NCBI GenBank assembly: GCA_000934665.2 | Contig: KZ538262.1 | Span: 1 to 64,000, forward strand | Length of the DNA stretch: 64,000 bases | Reading direction: 5' to 3' | DNA from: Catajapyx aquilonaris | Lineage: Eukaryota | Part shown: positions 1 to 15,500 of the stretch, in pieces | Layout of the letters: each line of letters begins with the position of its first letter | How positions within the stretch are numbered: the first letter of the stretch is position 1 | Notes under the pieces: model-generated | Told to the model about the DNA's origin: nothing | What the model saw: the letters and a program-made list of their open reading frames with translations, nothing else | Database searches by the model: none | Translations under genes and position numbers: made by a program

Positions 1-222
1 GTGGGAGTGAAAAGGAAAGTACCCCACTCGCTTGGCAAAAATGCCCCCTCCTCTCCCCACTGGCCCCCCACCACCTCCTCATCACCTTCCTTCTAGAGAG
101 AGATACAAGAGAAGGAGAAAAAAAAATTAATGTAGAGGCGCCCCCCTTCTCTCCCTCATCCAGAGGCTCTCGTAGGCTGCTGGACATGCACACACTCCTC
201 CGTAACTTGCTCAGAATGAGGT

Positions 223-236
223 NNNNNNNNNNNNNN
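223..236. other. Assembly gap (run of N) followed by poly-C
   Basis: 14 N characters directly in the sequence. Confidence 0.95.
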
Positions 237-3200
237 CCCCCCCCCCCCCCCCCTTTGCTTCTCTGGCTGGTTCTTACTAGCAGGCCACGAGCCAGCTCAC
301 TCCGAAAGATGGACATCCAACCTCCGGATGGCCAAGGAGATCCCCCTGGACCCCCTGCAATGGGCCATATTGCTCCAGCGGCATATACTTTGACTCCTTA
401 CTTTTGCTCTTTGCAATTTCGTTTATGGAGTTTGCTCATTTTAAAAGGGCACTTTCGAGCCAGGCATGTCGATGGTCAATAGGGAAGGTACACATTGCTG
501 ATTGAATAGGCTTACACTGCTCGGCGTTGTATCAATAAGCTGCTGATTTTTGCGACGCTTTATTCGATGCCGCCTCGTCTACGTCAGTGCAGTCAATCGA
601 GACAAAATAATAAGGCGTAGTTGAATATAGGTCAGGCAGGTGTGACATTTGCAGATCAAAATAATGTGGCATACATTAGCACAAACAAAAACTGTAGGTG
701 CAGCTTGTGTCCATAGTAAGTAGAAGTCACCAATATTATTCATTCGTAGTCTATTTGTTGTTGCTAACGCAGTAACTCACTGGGCTAACCATCGCCTACT
801 TTTACCTAACATGGCACATATTTTTATGTATCATTACTCTCGTGGCCTGATGCACGGTACAATAATTGCAATCTATGGAATTTAGAAAAATGAATGCCAA
901 CAACTTACGAGTCATGCATCATGTGGCTGGCACAATTTAATATAGGCCGAGGGGTTGGGTTAACCACTCGCGTAATACGATGTACGATGAGGTCACGTAA
1001 TCACAACCAGATTCTAATTTGCCGTAATGACGAGCGATTGCTCGTAACTACATGATTAGGTGTAACTTACACTTGACAGAGGACGTGTTTTTTCAGCATT
1101 ATTTGTTGAATTTACTTTGATTAAATTGCCTCTTTTCATTAGAATGACTCTTTCTCGGCAATTTTACGTGCACTCTTGCGTGTTTTAATCGTCTGGACCG
1201 TCATGGGGTGAATGTACAGTTTTTTAAATGTTTACTCACAAAGGTTGAACTGATATCAATCGTGTAGAGTGGTTTACTCTAAAATGCTCTTTTTTTTTTC
1301 AAGGTCCTCTATTCTCTTTACTCAAGCCGCCGACTCCGATTCGGTCTGCGGTTTAACACAGATAGGCTAGTGGGCGCCGACTTTTTTTTCGGTTCCAAAC
1401 TTTGTTTCTCTTTACTTTCGCTACAATATAAATTCCGAAGTAGTAAGCCGGAATTGCGAAATTATATTGACTTACTGCCAAAAAAAAAAAGAAGTATGGA
1501 ATGTTCAGGACCTATTACACGCTTGAAAATATTGATGCTGCGTCTCCTTTCTGTGTGGGCAACTTTCGTTGAAAGTAGCAATATACTTGCGTGTCTTCTT
1601 CAGAAAAATCAGTCAGAAGCACTTTTACCGCCATGCGGTTATGGCAGTGATGTATAAAGTAATTGCAGGCTTTCATTTTCAATTGCAGAATCCGCCGCGG
1701 TGGAAAGTAAAGAAAATTTTTACTGCCACTATGGTTATTAATGTGGGCTTTGTCCAGCTCTGGCTTTTAATTATCACCTTGCGATTATTGTGCACTCCCA
1801 AGCGGAACAATGAGATCATTGTGTTCAACCGGTCGAAGGAGCTGGTGCGAAACTTGCGAATTATTTTTTCCCGCTGCTGTTATGCACTATCATTGGTTTT
1901 CAGTGGTCATGAGTAACCCAGGGTATCGAAACTTTCACGAATCAGCATGATTATTATGGACATCTGAGAGAAAAAATACGAGCAGGAAAGGTGGAGGTGG
2001 CTGCTTGCAGGATGTCCATCTGACGCCACTTTCCTTCATGCAGAAATGAACACGAAATTATAAAACTCACCGTTGAAATGGGAGGACGGATTACGGAACT
2101 TTCCATTTTTTTGACTTTCTCATGCTGGCAGGATTCCCCCTCCCCCTCCCTGCTGCTGATATTATTTTGTTCCGTCGTCTTTTGCAATTGTTTCCGCAAT
2201 TTAATGGCTGTCTGTATCAAATGCATCGTTTGTCATTATGTCGTTTCCGCCTTGTGCAAGGCCATAAATTGGCTATTATTAATGTTCGACTGTCATGTTA
2301 TTTCATACATGGCCAACTTGCAACGTTTGCGGCAATAATTCTAATTATTATTATAAGCGCACAGTACATTAAACTGTTCAGGTGCATAATTGTGTGCAGT
2401 AATATAATAGCTACAGTACAGCAGCACACAAACGGATATAAAATGTTCTGGTGCACTGGTCACGCAAACTACAGTATAACAAAAGTAAGTTTAATCAAAA
2501 TGTGGTCATGTACAGTATGTAGCAGTGATCCTCTAATATTCTGCAAAGCTACCAGTACCAGTAGCTCAATATGTTTTCGTGAAGTGCGTGTAATCAAGGG
2601 GAAATTATTCATTGATTTATACATAAAAATTACAGCTACTTCCCACCGGAAACTGCCCACTTAAAAATTATCGCAAATATAAACATGGTAAATCTGAAAC
2701 TGCGGAGATTTGCAAACAAATTTAGTAGAATGTGTTGTACCTGGTGGACGAAAACCGCTTTACATCCTGTTATGTAAGGCCAGTAGAAAATGTATTCATG
2801 GACTACATGAATATGCATTGATGGTCCAGATATTAAGACCAGTGCACATTTTGGTGACAGTTCACCGTGACTGCTTTTATACAGAAGTAACGGAGGCGCA
2901 AAGTAACTGCCTGATTACTACTTTTCTGTATAGTCTTCTAGTGAAAACAGTTAAAACTGCTCTGGAATATTTAATGAGGCAGAATATTTTGACTCTAATG
3001 GACTATTTGGACTGCACGGCTTATAATAACCAACATACCCGAGAATATTGCATAATTAATCACTAGTGTCAAATATATTACGGCTGTACTTGGGGTATTG
3101 TACGTACTATGCTGTGTGTGTAATGGCTGTATTTCTTCTGCTAAGTGCGCCTCATCATGCGAAATGTTCCACTGCTTGTTAAATTGCGTTAGAAGCTTCT

Positions 3201-6200
3201 AGTCACGTCTGAAAATGCGCCAGTAACAGATGAGTCCCACAGTTAACCTCATATTTAATTTTTAATTACTGTACAACGTGGGTGTCAGAGTCGTGGAATT
3301 ACCGGTACATGTTTACTTTCTTTGTTGAATAATGCTCCTTGCACGTGATAATTATACATCTCGTGAAGGTTAAACAAGAAGTGGGATTCAGCATTATTTG
3401 TCTTTGTCTGAATTACGTAAGTACCAGCTGAATGTTCATTATTTACAGCCCCTTTGGTGTTCGTGCTTGTAAGACCAGAGTTTGGACATGATTTCTCACT
3501 CTTCCACTAGTGCATATGAACACCTGAAATGCAGACCGATTGATTTCGACTATTTGAGGCTGGTGTTTCAAGTTTTATGGGATCATTTTCCAGGCATATA
3601 CAGTTAGAAGACTGTAATTAGAAAACTGATATGACATAATACAATACCTAGCTCGACAAATAATTGTTACGTATTTAAGACCTTATTCATAATAAATATA
3701 CAAATAAACTAGTATGCAATGCATTATTTTGCTATAATTGTCAGTATTGTTTACTATACGTTAGAAACAGTGTTTAAGTCGTAAATCGTTGCATTTCCTA
3801 ATGAATGGAAAACTGACTGATATGCTCTCCATACCGTAGCACAGTAGTGCCGTAAATTAGTGAATGGGTTCGCCTGGTTGTAATTCATGCGTAAACAAAC
3901 TTCCAGTCGGTCTAGTTTTTTGCCATTTAGTGCCACTTTACGTGCATGTTCTGATTATCTTGCATGTGCATTTTCTAAAAGGGAAAAACAGAGTATTTCA
4001 CCACTGGCATTGAGTTTTGATACAAAGTATAGCGAGATATAGTTCTTCTTTCACATGACCAAGGCAGGGTCACGGCCAGTCCAGGCACGATCGTGCAAAA
4101 AAATGGCAACATTTCAGGATTGTTTTAGAAAGTCACACACGATAACCAGAATAGGAGATGTGGCTCGGAACATTTTTATAGACAGCATAGAAGTGGGTCG
4201 CTGTTATCGAAGAAGATGCGGGGGCGAAGAAAAGAGACCGCGGGTTCGACTTATTTGACACGTACCGAAGGAGATAGCGTAAATTTCTCCTTGGCATTTG
4301 AGAAGCAAGCGATCACCAAAACTAGCTGCCGGACTATATGCTATAGCGTGATGAGAAAACCCCCCGTGCAAATCGTAGGTGAAAAAACCGGATTATTTTG
4401 GCCTCAATCCAGATCGGCCATAAAAAATGCAAAAGGTAATCTGCCAATGTTTGGTCCTCAGGTGTTACGTCACTTACCTTTGTTTCCGGAGAGTGTCTTG
4501 GACGGGACAAAAGACGCCGTGTTCTAGTTTGCAATTAGGACAGGTCAGGTTCTCACCGGTTTTTTTTTTTAATCCGGGGAGAACCATTGTACGACAATTT
4601 TTCGATGAAGAGGGGAGTAGTTATTATTTATTGTTTCAGGCTCAAAGCAGGCGTCCTTGCTGGTCACAAGTTTCAGGTCAGTTGATAACCTTTTTTTTTT
4701 CCAGGGAGGATCTGGCCCATCCTTGAAATGGCGGGACCGGCCACATAATTACGGGTGACATATACCGACCTGAGTTCATTTCACTTTCGGTTCTCGTCCG
4801 CCGCCTTGTGACCCTTCCAGAAGGTCAAAACCGCATGGGACAGTAGCACTCTCTCCCGTTTCTCTGTCTTGCACTGCGAAATTGTACTTGACCCGCGGGT
4901 TTTCACTTCGGGTAGCGTCACTTAGAAGAGTACGCACTATGAATGATTGAGTCCGAAACAATAACTACCGAAGTACCATTTTCCTTTCCATCCGCTGGAA
5001 CAAGTCTTGTGAACTCGACCTTGATGAGAGAGGGAGAGTTCCTTTACAGACGGATCAACCATGTGTGAATTGTATGGACCACACAATAATTAGCCGTGGG
5101 AACTATGTTGGTCATATCTATATCAGGAAGTTGTATTTACATATTGTACGTCGTAAATGCGTGGGCTTTGATAGATGCTATAAATTCGAGTGATTTAGGG
5201 CAGATTCCACTGCTCAGTGAAAAGCCATCAGTTTCCGGCATTTTTTAGGCCCCTTATTCATTTCAGTGGTGACGCACGTTTAAAAAAAAAATCCTTCGCA
5301 ATTAAATCAGGTGCCAAAAGCGACCTCAATCGGGCGGGAAAATCAGATGAAATGGACTCCTTTCACTCTTCAGATCATCTTAGGAGAAGCCCCACCTTTT
5401 GTTCTGCCAACTGCAGCTGGCCAACGGCCCCTTCTTTTTTTCTTTTTCGTGTTGGGCCAGGTAAAGGGAGGAGCCTGACTTGTCTCCGTATATCTCTCTC
5501 TCCACGTCTTCAACTGCTGGCCTCCTGAAGGCTCTGTTTATTATGTGGGGCAGCCTGGTTTTGCTACGAAGACTCCACCAGATTGTCTAACGAGATACAG
5601 ATTCTTCCTCCTTCTTTTTAAATTTTTTTTTACGAGAACATTTGACTTGGGTGTTCTCACAACGCGATGGGAAAGGTCAGGGAAATGTCCTGCAACTATT
5701 GTGTCAAATGACCCCAATTTTATTGTGGGCTTTCTGTAATTGTTGGGAGTTTAGGCGTTTTGCTGTAGCGGGCCATTAGCAATTTGTGCATCCTCAGGTT
5801 TTATGCGCTTTTTTTATGGGGCGGAAGATTGTCTATAGGTGACCTATTATGTATGCTTTTGGAAAACATGTTTCCTTTTCCTTTCTATGAAAAGAGCCTT
5901 TCTTTCTACAGAGATACGACAGAGTGCATCAATGTAATCACCTATTGTTCGGATTGCTCCAGTCCTCACGAATTATTCTGTAACGATACCTATCAGCTTT
6001 ATGATGTAAATTTTACAGCCTCATTACAGGCTTGCAATCAACTTTTATGTGTACTAGTGGTGAAAAGATGAAAGCACTGTTAATCGCGACTATTCCGATG
6101 CGACGGGGACATTCCACTACTGTTTGAGGGTCTTTAGTACACACAGCTGCATGCATTATATAGTTGGAACTCTCGTTTTACCTGTTTCTCTCCAGACTGC

Positions 6201-9200
6201 AGAATGTTATTTCTCCCCGCGGAGAAAACAAGTACGGTACGTGAGAAGTCAAAAAATATAACTTGGCGACGATTTTCTAGAAAAAATTGCAACAGTTATG
6301 ACACTCATTCTGTAATTGTCATATACTGGAAATTTCAAATGCGGAAGTGCTTTTCAGTCCTAAACAACATTGTTTGGCCGAATCCCGGAATTCATAGAAC
6401 TGGAGAGGGTGTAATTTTTGTGGATCCAGACTTCACGCACATGCTTACGAACTTTAAGTGTGACCATTACACTTAGCTCCTCCCGTTGCATGCAGAAAAA
6501 GATCACGTGCTTCGTGATATGTCACGAGGGCATTCAATCCCACGCTTTGTACTTCAGTATTCCTCTTTCGTCATGTCAGAAAGAAATCTTACCTGTCATA
6601 CACACCTGGTGCACCTTTTTATGAAAATTGGGCCAAATATAAGCTACCCGGATCTTTGACGGTTTACGACCTAGGTCTTGTCGCATTTTAAATTGAAATT
6701 TATGCTGATCAAAATCTGCATCTGGTCGTAAATTACACCCTTAGGGATGATATATGGTAGAAATTGCGTTTCTCAATCACATAATGTGTGCTGCGCCTCA
6801 TCCGTGTCATTGGTCAGGTGGTTTACTACTTGCAAGGTGGGATTTGGACATGTGAGTTTGCAGTATGAATTTTTTCCTCCACCGCACCGGTGAAAATATT
6901 CGAGTTGCATAATTTTAAAAAACCCGCCCCTCAAATGGGTCAGAAGGATGAATTTCTAATAAATAACTTTGACTCCAATTGCTCACAGATGCCCTTTGTT
7001 ATTAATATTTCCAGGCCACCCTGCCCGGCGGGGCTTTCTCATCCAACGGTAATGAATTCCGCCCCATGATTGTTGACTGTTACGCGTTACGAAACTGTCA
7101 AGGTAACTCGAGAGTACCGTTGCGCTCATTATACGCAGTGGTCCAGTAAAGAAAGCAAATATTCGGCCTGAACGGATCGTTGCCTTTTTGCATAATTATA
7201 ATAGTACCGGTTTCGATCAAGTAGGCTGCCATTAACCACTTCCAGCTGTCAGATATGATCATTATATACCGGAGAGCGTTGCTGAGTTCATTAAAAGGTC
7301 TGCTTCCAGCACAACAGGGGAGTAAAATAGTCCGGAATAAAAGAGTTTTCAATTTGTCAAGGGTTTTGGCAGGCGGAAAATTTAATCGTGGGTTATGTCT
7401 GTTTTTGTGCGCTCGGTGAGAACGTCTCTCCAGTCAGGGGGGCCTTGTATTTAGATTCAATTTGCAGGGTTCGTATTTGGGAACTGCTGACCGAAAGGAC
7501 TCGTTAAGCATAACGAGGAGTTTCGTTATCATATTGTGTTCCGATATTGTTATTGCAGAGTTTTGGGATAATGAGTTATTCAATGCAAAAGCGAACTTTA
7601 AAAGAACTTTACGAATCTGTTCTGGAGCATCTGACCAAAAGGGTATTTTAAATTTTAAATTTGTTAAAAGTTATATGACGAATGTGTAGTGTTCCATATC
7701 AGGTCATCAAAATAGAATGTAAATTGGAGTAAAACTATTTCAGATAGTGAATTAAAACAACATCTGATCGCATATAATTTCTCGAATCCTGGAATTCATT
7801 AGCTGAAAATACATTTTCATTAATATCTCATATTCATATTAGAAACACATTAAGAATATATTTGCCCTCAATTAAGTTCATGATGATCCACAGTTCGTAT
7901 TTACCTTTGGCATTTTATAATTCTATTGCAACCCGTATTAATGCTTGCCCTTCTACTTGGCATAATGCAACACTAGCAGCGAAGATGACGTGGGTTTTAT
8001 GCCATCAGAAAACTTTTACCTCATGTTGCAACTACTTGCACTAGCTCACTTTGCAGCCGAATTCCAATCTTTTGACCACTTTTTCGGAAATAATTCTCCT
8101 GCGATGAATGTAGGCCTCCCATTCGATATGATGGGCCACGCAGTTGGCTCATCTCCATCACGCAATTCCCAATCATTTCGCTCAGTAGAACACAGAACTG
8201 GCCAGCCTATGATGAAAAATGACCCTATGTGGCCAGTAATGTGAAGTAACTCCCTACTACTATATGGACCATTACGTCACATGTGTGGGGGAGGGGGTTA
8301 GGACGCTTGTCTCAGCAGCGAAAATGGAGGGTAACACACGCAAAGGGATGACGACTTTCACAAAGGAAAGTGAAGAGCAAGAATTTGGGGAGGGGGCAGG
8401 GGGATGGGAGAAGTTGCGTAATTCCGCCTTCCTTTTTTTTTTGTACCGTCCCAAAAACATTATCCGGAGGTTATAACGGTACATGGCCGGACGTGGCGTT
8501 TATTTGTTGTTGGGTGTCCGGCAGGTCCCGAAAAACTTTCCCCGAGATTTACACGCCTTCTTTCCCATATTCGGGATGTTTCCATGAGGGGAAATCGGTC
8601 AGGCAAGTGATGTTTTATCTGATGGGTTTTAATTACCAAAACCGGTCTTCCAATTAGTCTTATCTTAGCTTCGTGCTGAAGGCGCTCATTATAAGTTAAT
8701 CTGCATTCCAATTGTTTTTAATCAGCGCGGATAATTTTGATGTTAATGTGCGAGCCAATTTATGGATCCGATTGTTGGATAGACAGACAAGCGAAGACAT
8801 GAAATGCAGAACGATCAGTCATAATAAGGTCAAAATTGAGTTTGACCGTGGTGTCCTTGTCTGCTGCTGCTGTTGTTGTAGTTATACTTCTTGAAGCGAG
8901 TACTGACAACAATAGGCTACTTAAAAAATCTTCGCGTCATCACTGGGTGGTCACCATATGTCTTCGAGGCTTCAATAGCAGTTTGATTACGAAGCCTGTA
9001 ATACAACACAAGTCTTGTGGTGTAAGATTTATGATGCAAATCACGGAGATGAGTTTGCTGACCCCAATTTGTAATTAACCCGCAATTATAAGCCTGGTTG
9101 CTCTGCAACTAAAAATACCCATACTATGTGTCTGTCAGTATAGGAAATGTGTTCGCATGTGAATACATTACCGTTTGGAGATTATTATCATCTCTTGATT

Positions 9201-11066
9201 CGCGAAAGGAAAGTGCAACAATCCTGCTTTAATAATGAACTTCCTATTTTCCTTCCGGTAACTCTCAGCCAGCTTTGATTACAGCACGCCATATCTTTTT
9301 CTGGCAACGATACAGAGATGCCAGGCAAGTATATGTTTGCCAAGCCTGGCCAATAAATCAGTAACCTCACGCCGCATCTGACTGCATTAATTGTCGTAAA
9401 CATCTCACAACACCGGCGGGGAACCCATAAACGACTCCATTATTGCCGGGAGACCTGTCTCAAGGTTACACAACAATCGGGTTGGAGGATGGCCATTGGT
9501 CGATTTCGGAGGAGTAATGCACTTGAATTCTTGAAGTGAGTGGCGGAGTTTCACTGGAAGGCAGATGGCGAAGTTCCGAAAGGGAAACCTGAGGGATTTT
9601 CTTTTTTATTCTCTCTCTCTCTCTCTCTCTTCTGCTGGCGCGTTTGGCCACCAATCATTCCGGCAACCCCAAAGGGCTCCTTTCCCTCCACTTCCGGGTC
9701 ACGGGGTCACTCCTTGCAAGCGCCTCCCACCTTTCCCCTCTTATATCTCCACCTATCTCATCCCATATGAGCAGCGGACCAAACACCTCAGTTCGCGCCG
9801 GAATAAACTTTTCCTCTCAGTTTTGATAAGACGGAGCTAATGAATTATTTGGCATAATTTGTTCTGCTTTCTCAAGCCCGTTAGTATATGTGCGCACTAT
9901 TTTTGCCAATGGACAACCACCCACTTGTGCTATCACAACTAATTGCTGAGTTCGTTACCCCACTTTTATGCCATTACTCATTCAAGTGACACGGGGCGCA
10001 GATTGTGCAACTTTACACTGTGCAGTAGTACAAACGAACTATTAATTAGCAAAGTCACTGTAACGGTGTATGTACAGTACTGCCTCGCTGGGTCAAGGGG
10101 TCTTCTACACACCAGCGAACTATACTAGACCCGCTCCACAATTTAGTTGCTACAGTACGCAATTGTATGACCACATGAATGAATAAGTCTGTTGGTACTA
10201 CAGTAGATGTGCAGTTCTGGAGTCGTATACTCATCCAGGTCACTCGCAATCGACAAAGTCGATTGCGAGTGACCTGGATGAGTATACGCACAGTATACGC
10301 CTCCTGTACCTAGAAATATCTGGTCGAGTACAGTAAATAAAAACAAATAAATAGCAGACAGTCCACTTTACTATATGTGCTGTGTAAATAGTCCCGTTCA
10401 CCGAAGTCGTGCTGAAAAATGGCCCGGCGACCTCCAGAGTCAGCTGAAGTGAGGTTTTAATTCTTGTAGGCCTCTAATTGCGGATAAATAGGCGGACATA
10501 AAAAAAACATGAGATGGATGGAGGCCTGCGGCAATCACGTGCGGATTTTCCCTTGGGTATGGCGATGCCCGGATAAACGACGAGCTGTGTCTCGTTACGT
10601 GATCACGAAGGTGCCTCGGCGGTTGACAGTTCGTGATGATTTCTCTCCCGAAGAACTTCCTTCCTCAAATGACGGATAATCTTGTACTTATTTCCCTCTC
10701 CAACTCTCGCCAGTCTGGTACGTATTGAGAGAGTCTCGTTTTGTTTATTATTCTGGATTGCTTGAAGTGGGTGGTTAGAGGGGGGGTTGGAGGAGGAGGA
10801 GGGGGGCACACCTTTTGGCATCCATGCCAACGGCCAGAAAAGCGCCAGCAGTCACGCCAACTGCCAAGGTGAGGGGCAATTCCTTGGCCAGCGACCTCCA
10901 GCTAGGTCTGAAAGAAAACTCGTTAAATCGGTTTCGCAATTTCCTTCCTGGAATCACAGTTTTGCTTTCTAGAATAATCACTGCCTAGGTCTGGTGTCAT
11001 ACCTGGTTGCACGATTTATGGGCTAGTTTTTATTTTTTAAAGAGAGGCATTTCCTAGTTGCATTTA

Positions 11067-12547
11067 TTAATAGTAATCGAAATAGACATCGTTATATTCA
11101 GGGTTTTGCACAACTTGATTGATCCAGTCAACGACGTCTGACACCGCTACGGTCATGGCTGCTTGCTGGTCCTTGGAACAGGAGCTGGGAGTAGCCACCA
11201 ATTCGACCAGAACCGCCTTCTTCTTGGCCGGTTCCTGCGGCGCCGGAGACACCCGAAAAGATTGCTCCGTGCTGCCGGTATCCGCAGTTCGGTAGCTGCG
11301 AGTATGCTGACTATGTGTTTGCTCCACAGCGACGGGCAGGTAGCAGACCACTGGCGAACCCTTATCGGCCTGTAAGAAATTCATATCACCAACTGGGCAC
11401 AATGTTGCAAGGCTACACTTACCACACAGACGTCATGCCCATCGCGACCTATTCGACATGTGTACCCGTGGTAAATCCGGTGGTACCCCAAGTTGAACCC
11501 CTGCATGGCGCAAGTGTACTTGTCCACCTTGTCCAGAAGCGATTCCATCAAGATCCGGCTGTACTTTCCGGTGTTGTACCGCATCAGCACGGGCGACTTG
11601 CCCCATCCGGCGACCCAACACTCCTTCTCCGGAAGGTGGTAGTGGTACGGTTTGGACTCCGGAAGACACACCGTTGATATCTGCGGGTACAGCCCAAAGT
11701 CGACAGCTTGACCCAACTGCACCAGAGCTAGATCGTACACGTCATAATTGTGGTCATTGTCGTAACTGGGCGAGCCTGGAAAAGTGACCGATTGTTTAAC
11801 TGGACATGAATTACGCCATCGGACAGGTACCAGGATGGATGTGAATGTTGGCGACGTGAGTCTGGAAGGGCTCGTAGGCTTCCTCCGGGTTGGAATGGGA
11901 GTAAACGTCCCAATCGCCAAGTCGGACACGAAGTTGTTTGGCCGTCAACTTTCGGACGCAGCAGGCCGTGGTGATGACATAATCGGGTTGGATTAAGGCG
12001 CCGGCGCATATGAACCTGTCGTACTCGTCCAAAATCGCCACCTGCCAAGGGTGCCTGCCGTACGGGGACCTGCCGGACTTGCCATCTTTATAGCGGTTGA
12101 CAACCGGGACCACTCCGCAACTGCGGTTCACACTTTCAGGCTGAAAACGTGATTACGACATTATTACGTGGCAAGTGCTACAATCATGACAGATCCATGT
12201 AAGAGGCTGATTAATGTTAATGTCGTGAAATTGTTGCCAGTAGCACACCTATAGGTGCGTTTTATGTCACAATTCCTACACTCACCCCCATTTTATTACA
12301 ACTCCGTGATTTGTACAGTACTGACCTGAGTGACTTCGGGGTGGAGTCCGGATGTGTACGGGGTGTCGCTCACTTGTGGATACGCAATCGGGTAGTTAAC
12401 ATCACTTTGGGACGGCGATGTGTCATACATCTCGGTTGGAATTGGTCGAATTATTAGAATCACTACCAACGTTAAGGTAATTTTTCTGCTGCAAACTGTA
12501 ATAATGCACAATATAATGATGTCACTTAAGCGACATTTTTTTACCAT
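11067..12547 (-). CDS. Trypsin-fold serine protease homolog, predicted non-catalytic (masquerade/PPAF-like); 5' end uncertain
   Basis: Exons inferred from GT-AG sites with frame continuity: 12547-12326, 12140-11831, 11775-11423, 11369-11067. S1 motifs: SCG..PWQVAIL, FICAGALI, VRLGDWD, DLALVQL, VCLP, CWVAGWG, DWI. TAAHC reads TTACC and GDSGGP reads ADKGSP. Confidence 0.85.
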
Positions 12548-15500
12548 TCAGACGTATCATGCTGCCTTCCGATGACGACCAGAGTCTAACTGACACCCTC
12601 CACGTCCAGTAACGAAATGACCGCTACAATTCTAATTCTTGCCTTACGTCAATCAAATGACCTGATATCTCCACATTAGTCAAATGGTAAGTTACCAATT
12701 TTTACAGCCGGCACACATATATGTTGATGCTCCTTTTAAAAATGAATAATGAGCAGGTCCAAAATGCAGATTTTCAATTATTGCACTGGCAGGATTCTCA
12801 TTAAGTAATCCTCCATTGAATAATCATTTAAGAGATTAAGTAGTCACATTTTGAAAACAGGCTCTCTGCAGGCGGTATCGTGCGGTATTTGACAGTATGT
12901 GGGGCGTCCACCAATTTTCATTCATAATCAGACCTGCAGCTGAGAGAGGTCCGTCCTTCAGTACAACAGGTCCGGAGGGCAACTACTTTCATCACGTGCG
13001 TACCGCATACGAATTTCAATAGGTTCTCGAGGTGCTGCGTTGATTCGGTTTCTTCAGAAATATGATTCATCCATATTGTTCGAACGTGACATCACCTGGC
13101 CAGCTCTCTGGTCTTGTCCCTGCGGAGAAAGCTGCAATGATTTTTCTGCACCCGCGTAATTAATGGAAACTGCAAAATAAAGAGCTGTAACTACTACAAA
13201 GTGGAAGGACTGCGAGTTTTGAAGATTGCGACGAAAGAGAAAGTTCTGTCAGGTGAAGAGAAGGAAGACGCTATAGTGGTGGAACAACTCCGCTGTTTTT
13301 TTTTGTGGTTCAATACATGTGTGTGTGGCCTACACATGCCGACGCAAGCTGATGTTATCCACTTAGATTACAGGAGAAACACTTAATTAGGCGATGATAG
13401 CACGCAAACTGTTTTGGCCTGTTTTCCTCCGATATTCGATAAATGCAACCTGGTGTCACCTGCACCTTTAAATATGCCAAAGTCCCTAGCACGTGTTGAC
13501 CTACTTTGTGACTGGGAAATGGAGCTTCCACGTGTTTGAAGTTTCATTTCCATTATAAATTGTTGCAAGGAAAAGGTTTCTCCGTTGAAGTGTAACGTGG
13601 GAGTCTGTGATAGGGTCCGATGCAAGTTCAGGCTCCACACTTGACCTTACCGAATTTCAGGTCGGGGTTGTTACGAAACTTGGGGAAGCGCGATTATCTG
13701 CTCATTAAGGAGGGTGACTTTGATTAATGGGGAGTCGCAGGATTTTTTTTTGTGGTAAAACAATAATAATGGCAATGTCGTCCTGATTAGAGAGTGAGGT
13801 AACAGAGAGACGGTTGTGGTTTAGGAGGAGAGATATTAAGGTTGGATTTATTGTGGCATGTCATGCCGGAATATGAGAATATTAGGCAATGCAAACTTTA
13901 AAAAGGAGATTACGGTGGACAAAAAATGATGATTGGGACAAAGATTTCAGTGCGTTTTATAAAAGAGCTTGGCATTAAGAAACATCAGATTAGAAACTTC
14001 CAACTTGAAGAATGATACTGCCACATGTCCGGACTCGAAATACCAGTTGGGACACTTCTGTGTGCATCCTTTTACAGGCACCGCACCAAGTGGTATTTGT
14101 AGACTACTATTATTTAAGAGCACACAAGCTTGTCCGACCATATTACTCAGCTTGTGTTCCTATTTTCAAGCAGACAGGACTGGCCATTTGTAAGTTGTAT
14201 GAATGGCCTCGGATTCTTAGCAGCCTGGTCCGGTCCATTGTTGAGCATGAAGTACTATACTTTACAGGGGGTTCTGTAGGAGTCAATGAAGATGCGCGTC
14301 CGCATTGTTCCCACGTTTTCGACATCTGCAACCCCAGGCTATGTGCTTTATCTTGCCGACAACTTGTTAGCCTGAAATGTGTGGGAGGATCATTTTACAC
14401 GTTGTTATGACGTCGCCTGTATCGACTGGGTTAGGATCTCTACCATTTGTAAGGGTGTACGCATGCTGTGCATAGCTGGATGTTTCGTACAATGCGGTAT
14501 AGAAGCATAAGGCAAGCGTTAACCAATATTGTGACATTTAGACTCTCATCACGTACCTGTATTGACAGAGAAAGGTGGGGCATGTATTGGATTACGGGCA
14601 CGTGCACCAACATAGGTGGAGCCGGTTAATTAACATGCAAATAGAGCGACTTTGAATTTGTTGAGGTCAAGCCACAAGTTCGGAGAAGTTTCTTAAGTAC
14701 ACATAATTGAAGCAGACGATGTATAGCTTGTACGAGTACATCATGACAGTGCCCATGCCCTCAGGGGGAATGTAAAGTTGTTGATTGTTTACTCCAGAAA
14801 CCTGTTTAAAAGAATAAAATCATTGGCCACCTTCACTTGCGATTGGGACTCTCACTTGCATTTATGGGCTTGGGTAGTGCACCACCCTGTTACGAATCAT
14901 GTCATATTATTTCGAGCGAAGCGTCACCTTGCAAAAATGGCTCACGGTCACTGCACGTTTTATGGCATTTTCATTATTCACTTTTGCAGGCCATACCGGA
15001 TCTTAAAAATGCACAATAAACCCAATTCCTACCTCTGTTACGCAACGATATTAGAATGTCATAGGTTAAGGTCTCTCATTGGGCTAGATTGGTAAAGGAA
15101 TAAAGGCGTTAAAAGGGAAAGGCCGCCGCATCGTGACTTAATTGAAGCGACAAAAAAAAAAAAAATCAGTCCATCCACAATCGCTATTCATTGTTGTTCT
15201 TTGTTTTTTTTAATCTCCTTCACATTTCAATCGTGCGTCCCAATTCCGTACACCACGTTTCATCACAGCTATAAGTATCCAGCATGTAACCGCTGAAAGC
15301 ATCAGTTTAGATTTTGGCACCCGAATGGATATAACGCATCCTGCTAATTGCACCTTGTGATAAACAACCCGAAGTGATTTGTTTTTCTGCCAGAAGCAAT
15401 GATTTGATACCACCTCTGACGTGTTAACTCTCTCCAGACTCACGTTTTACCGGTGGTTTTACTCCTGCTCGGTGGCCTCTTCTTGAAAGAGGCAAATTTT

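Noticed and set aside
237..11000. Many 60-180 aa ORFs in the first 11 kb
   Set aside because: No recognisable motifs or consistent exon chain; treated as non-coding sequence with possible decayed repeats that I cannot delimit.
11811..11929. Apparent frameshift or pseudogene in the protease homolog
   Set aside because: Resolved by a 55-nt GT-AG intron (11776-11830) that restores the frame.
14012..14510. Cys-rich, defensin-like reading (PHCSHVFDICNPRLCALSCRQL)
   Set aside because: I could not build a signal peptide or a phase-consistent splice that completes a CS-alpha-beta cysteine pattern.
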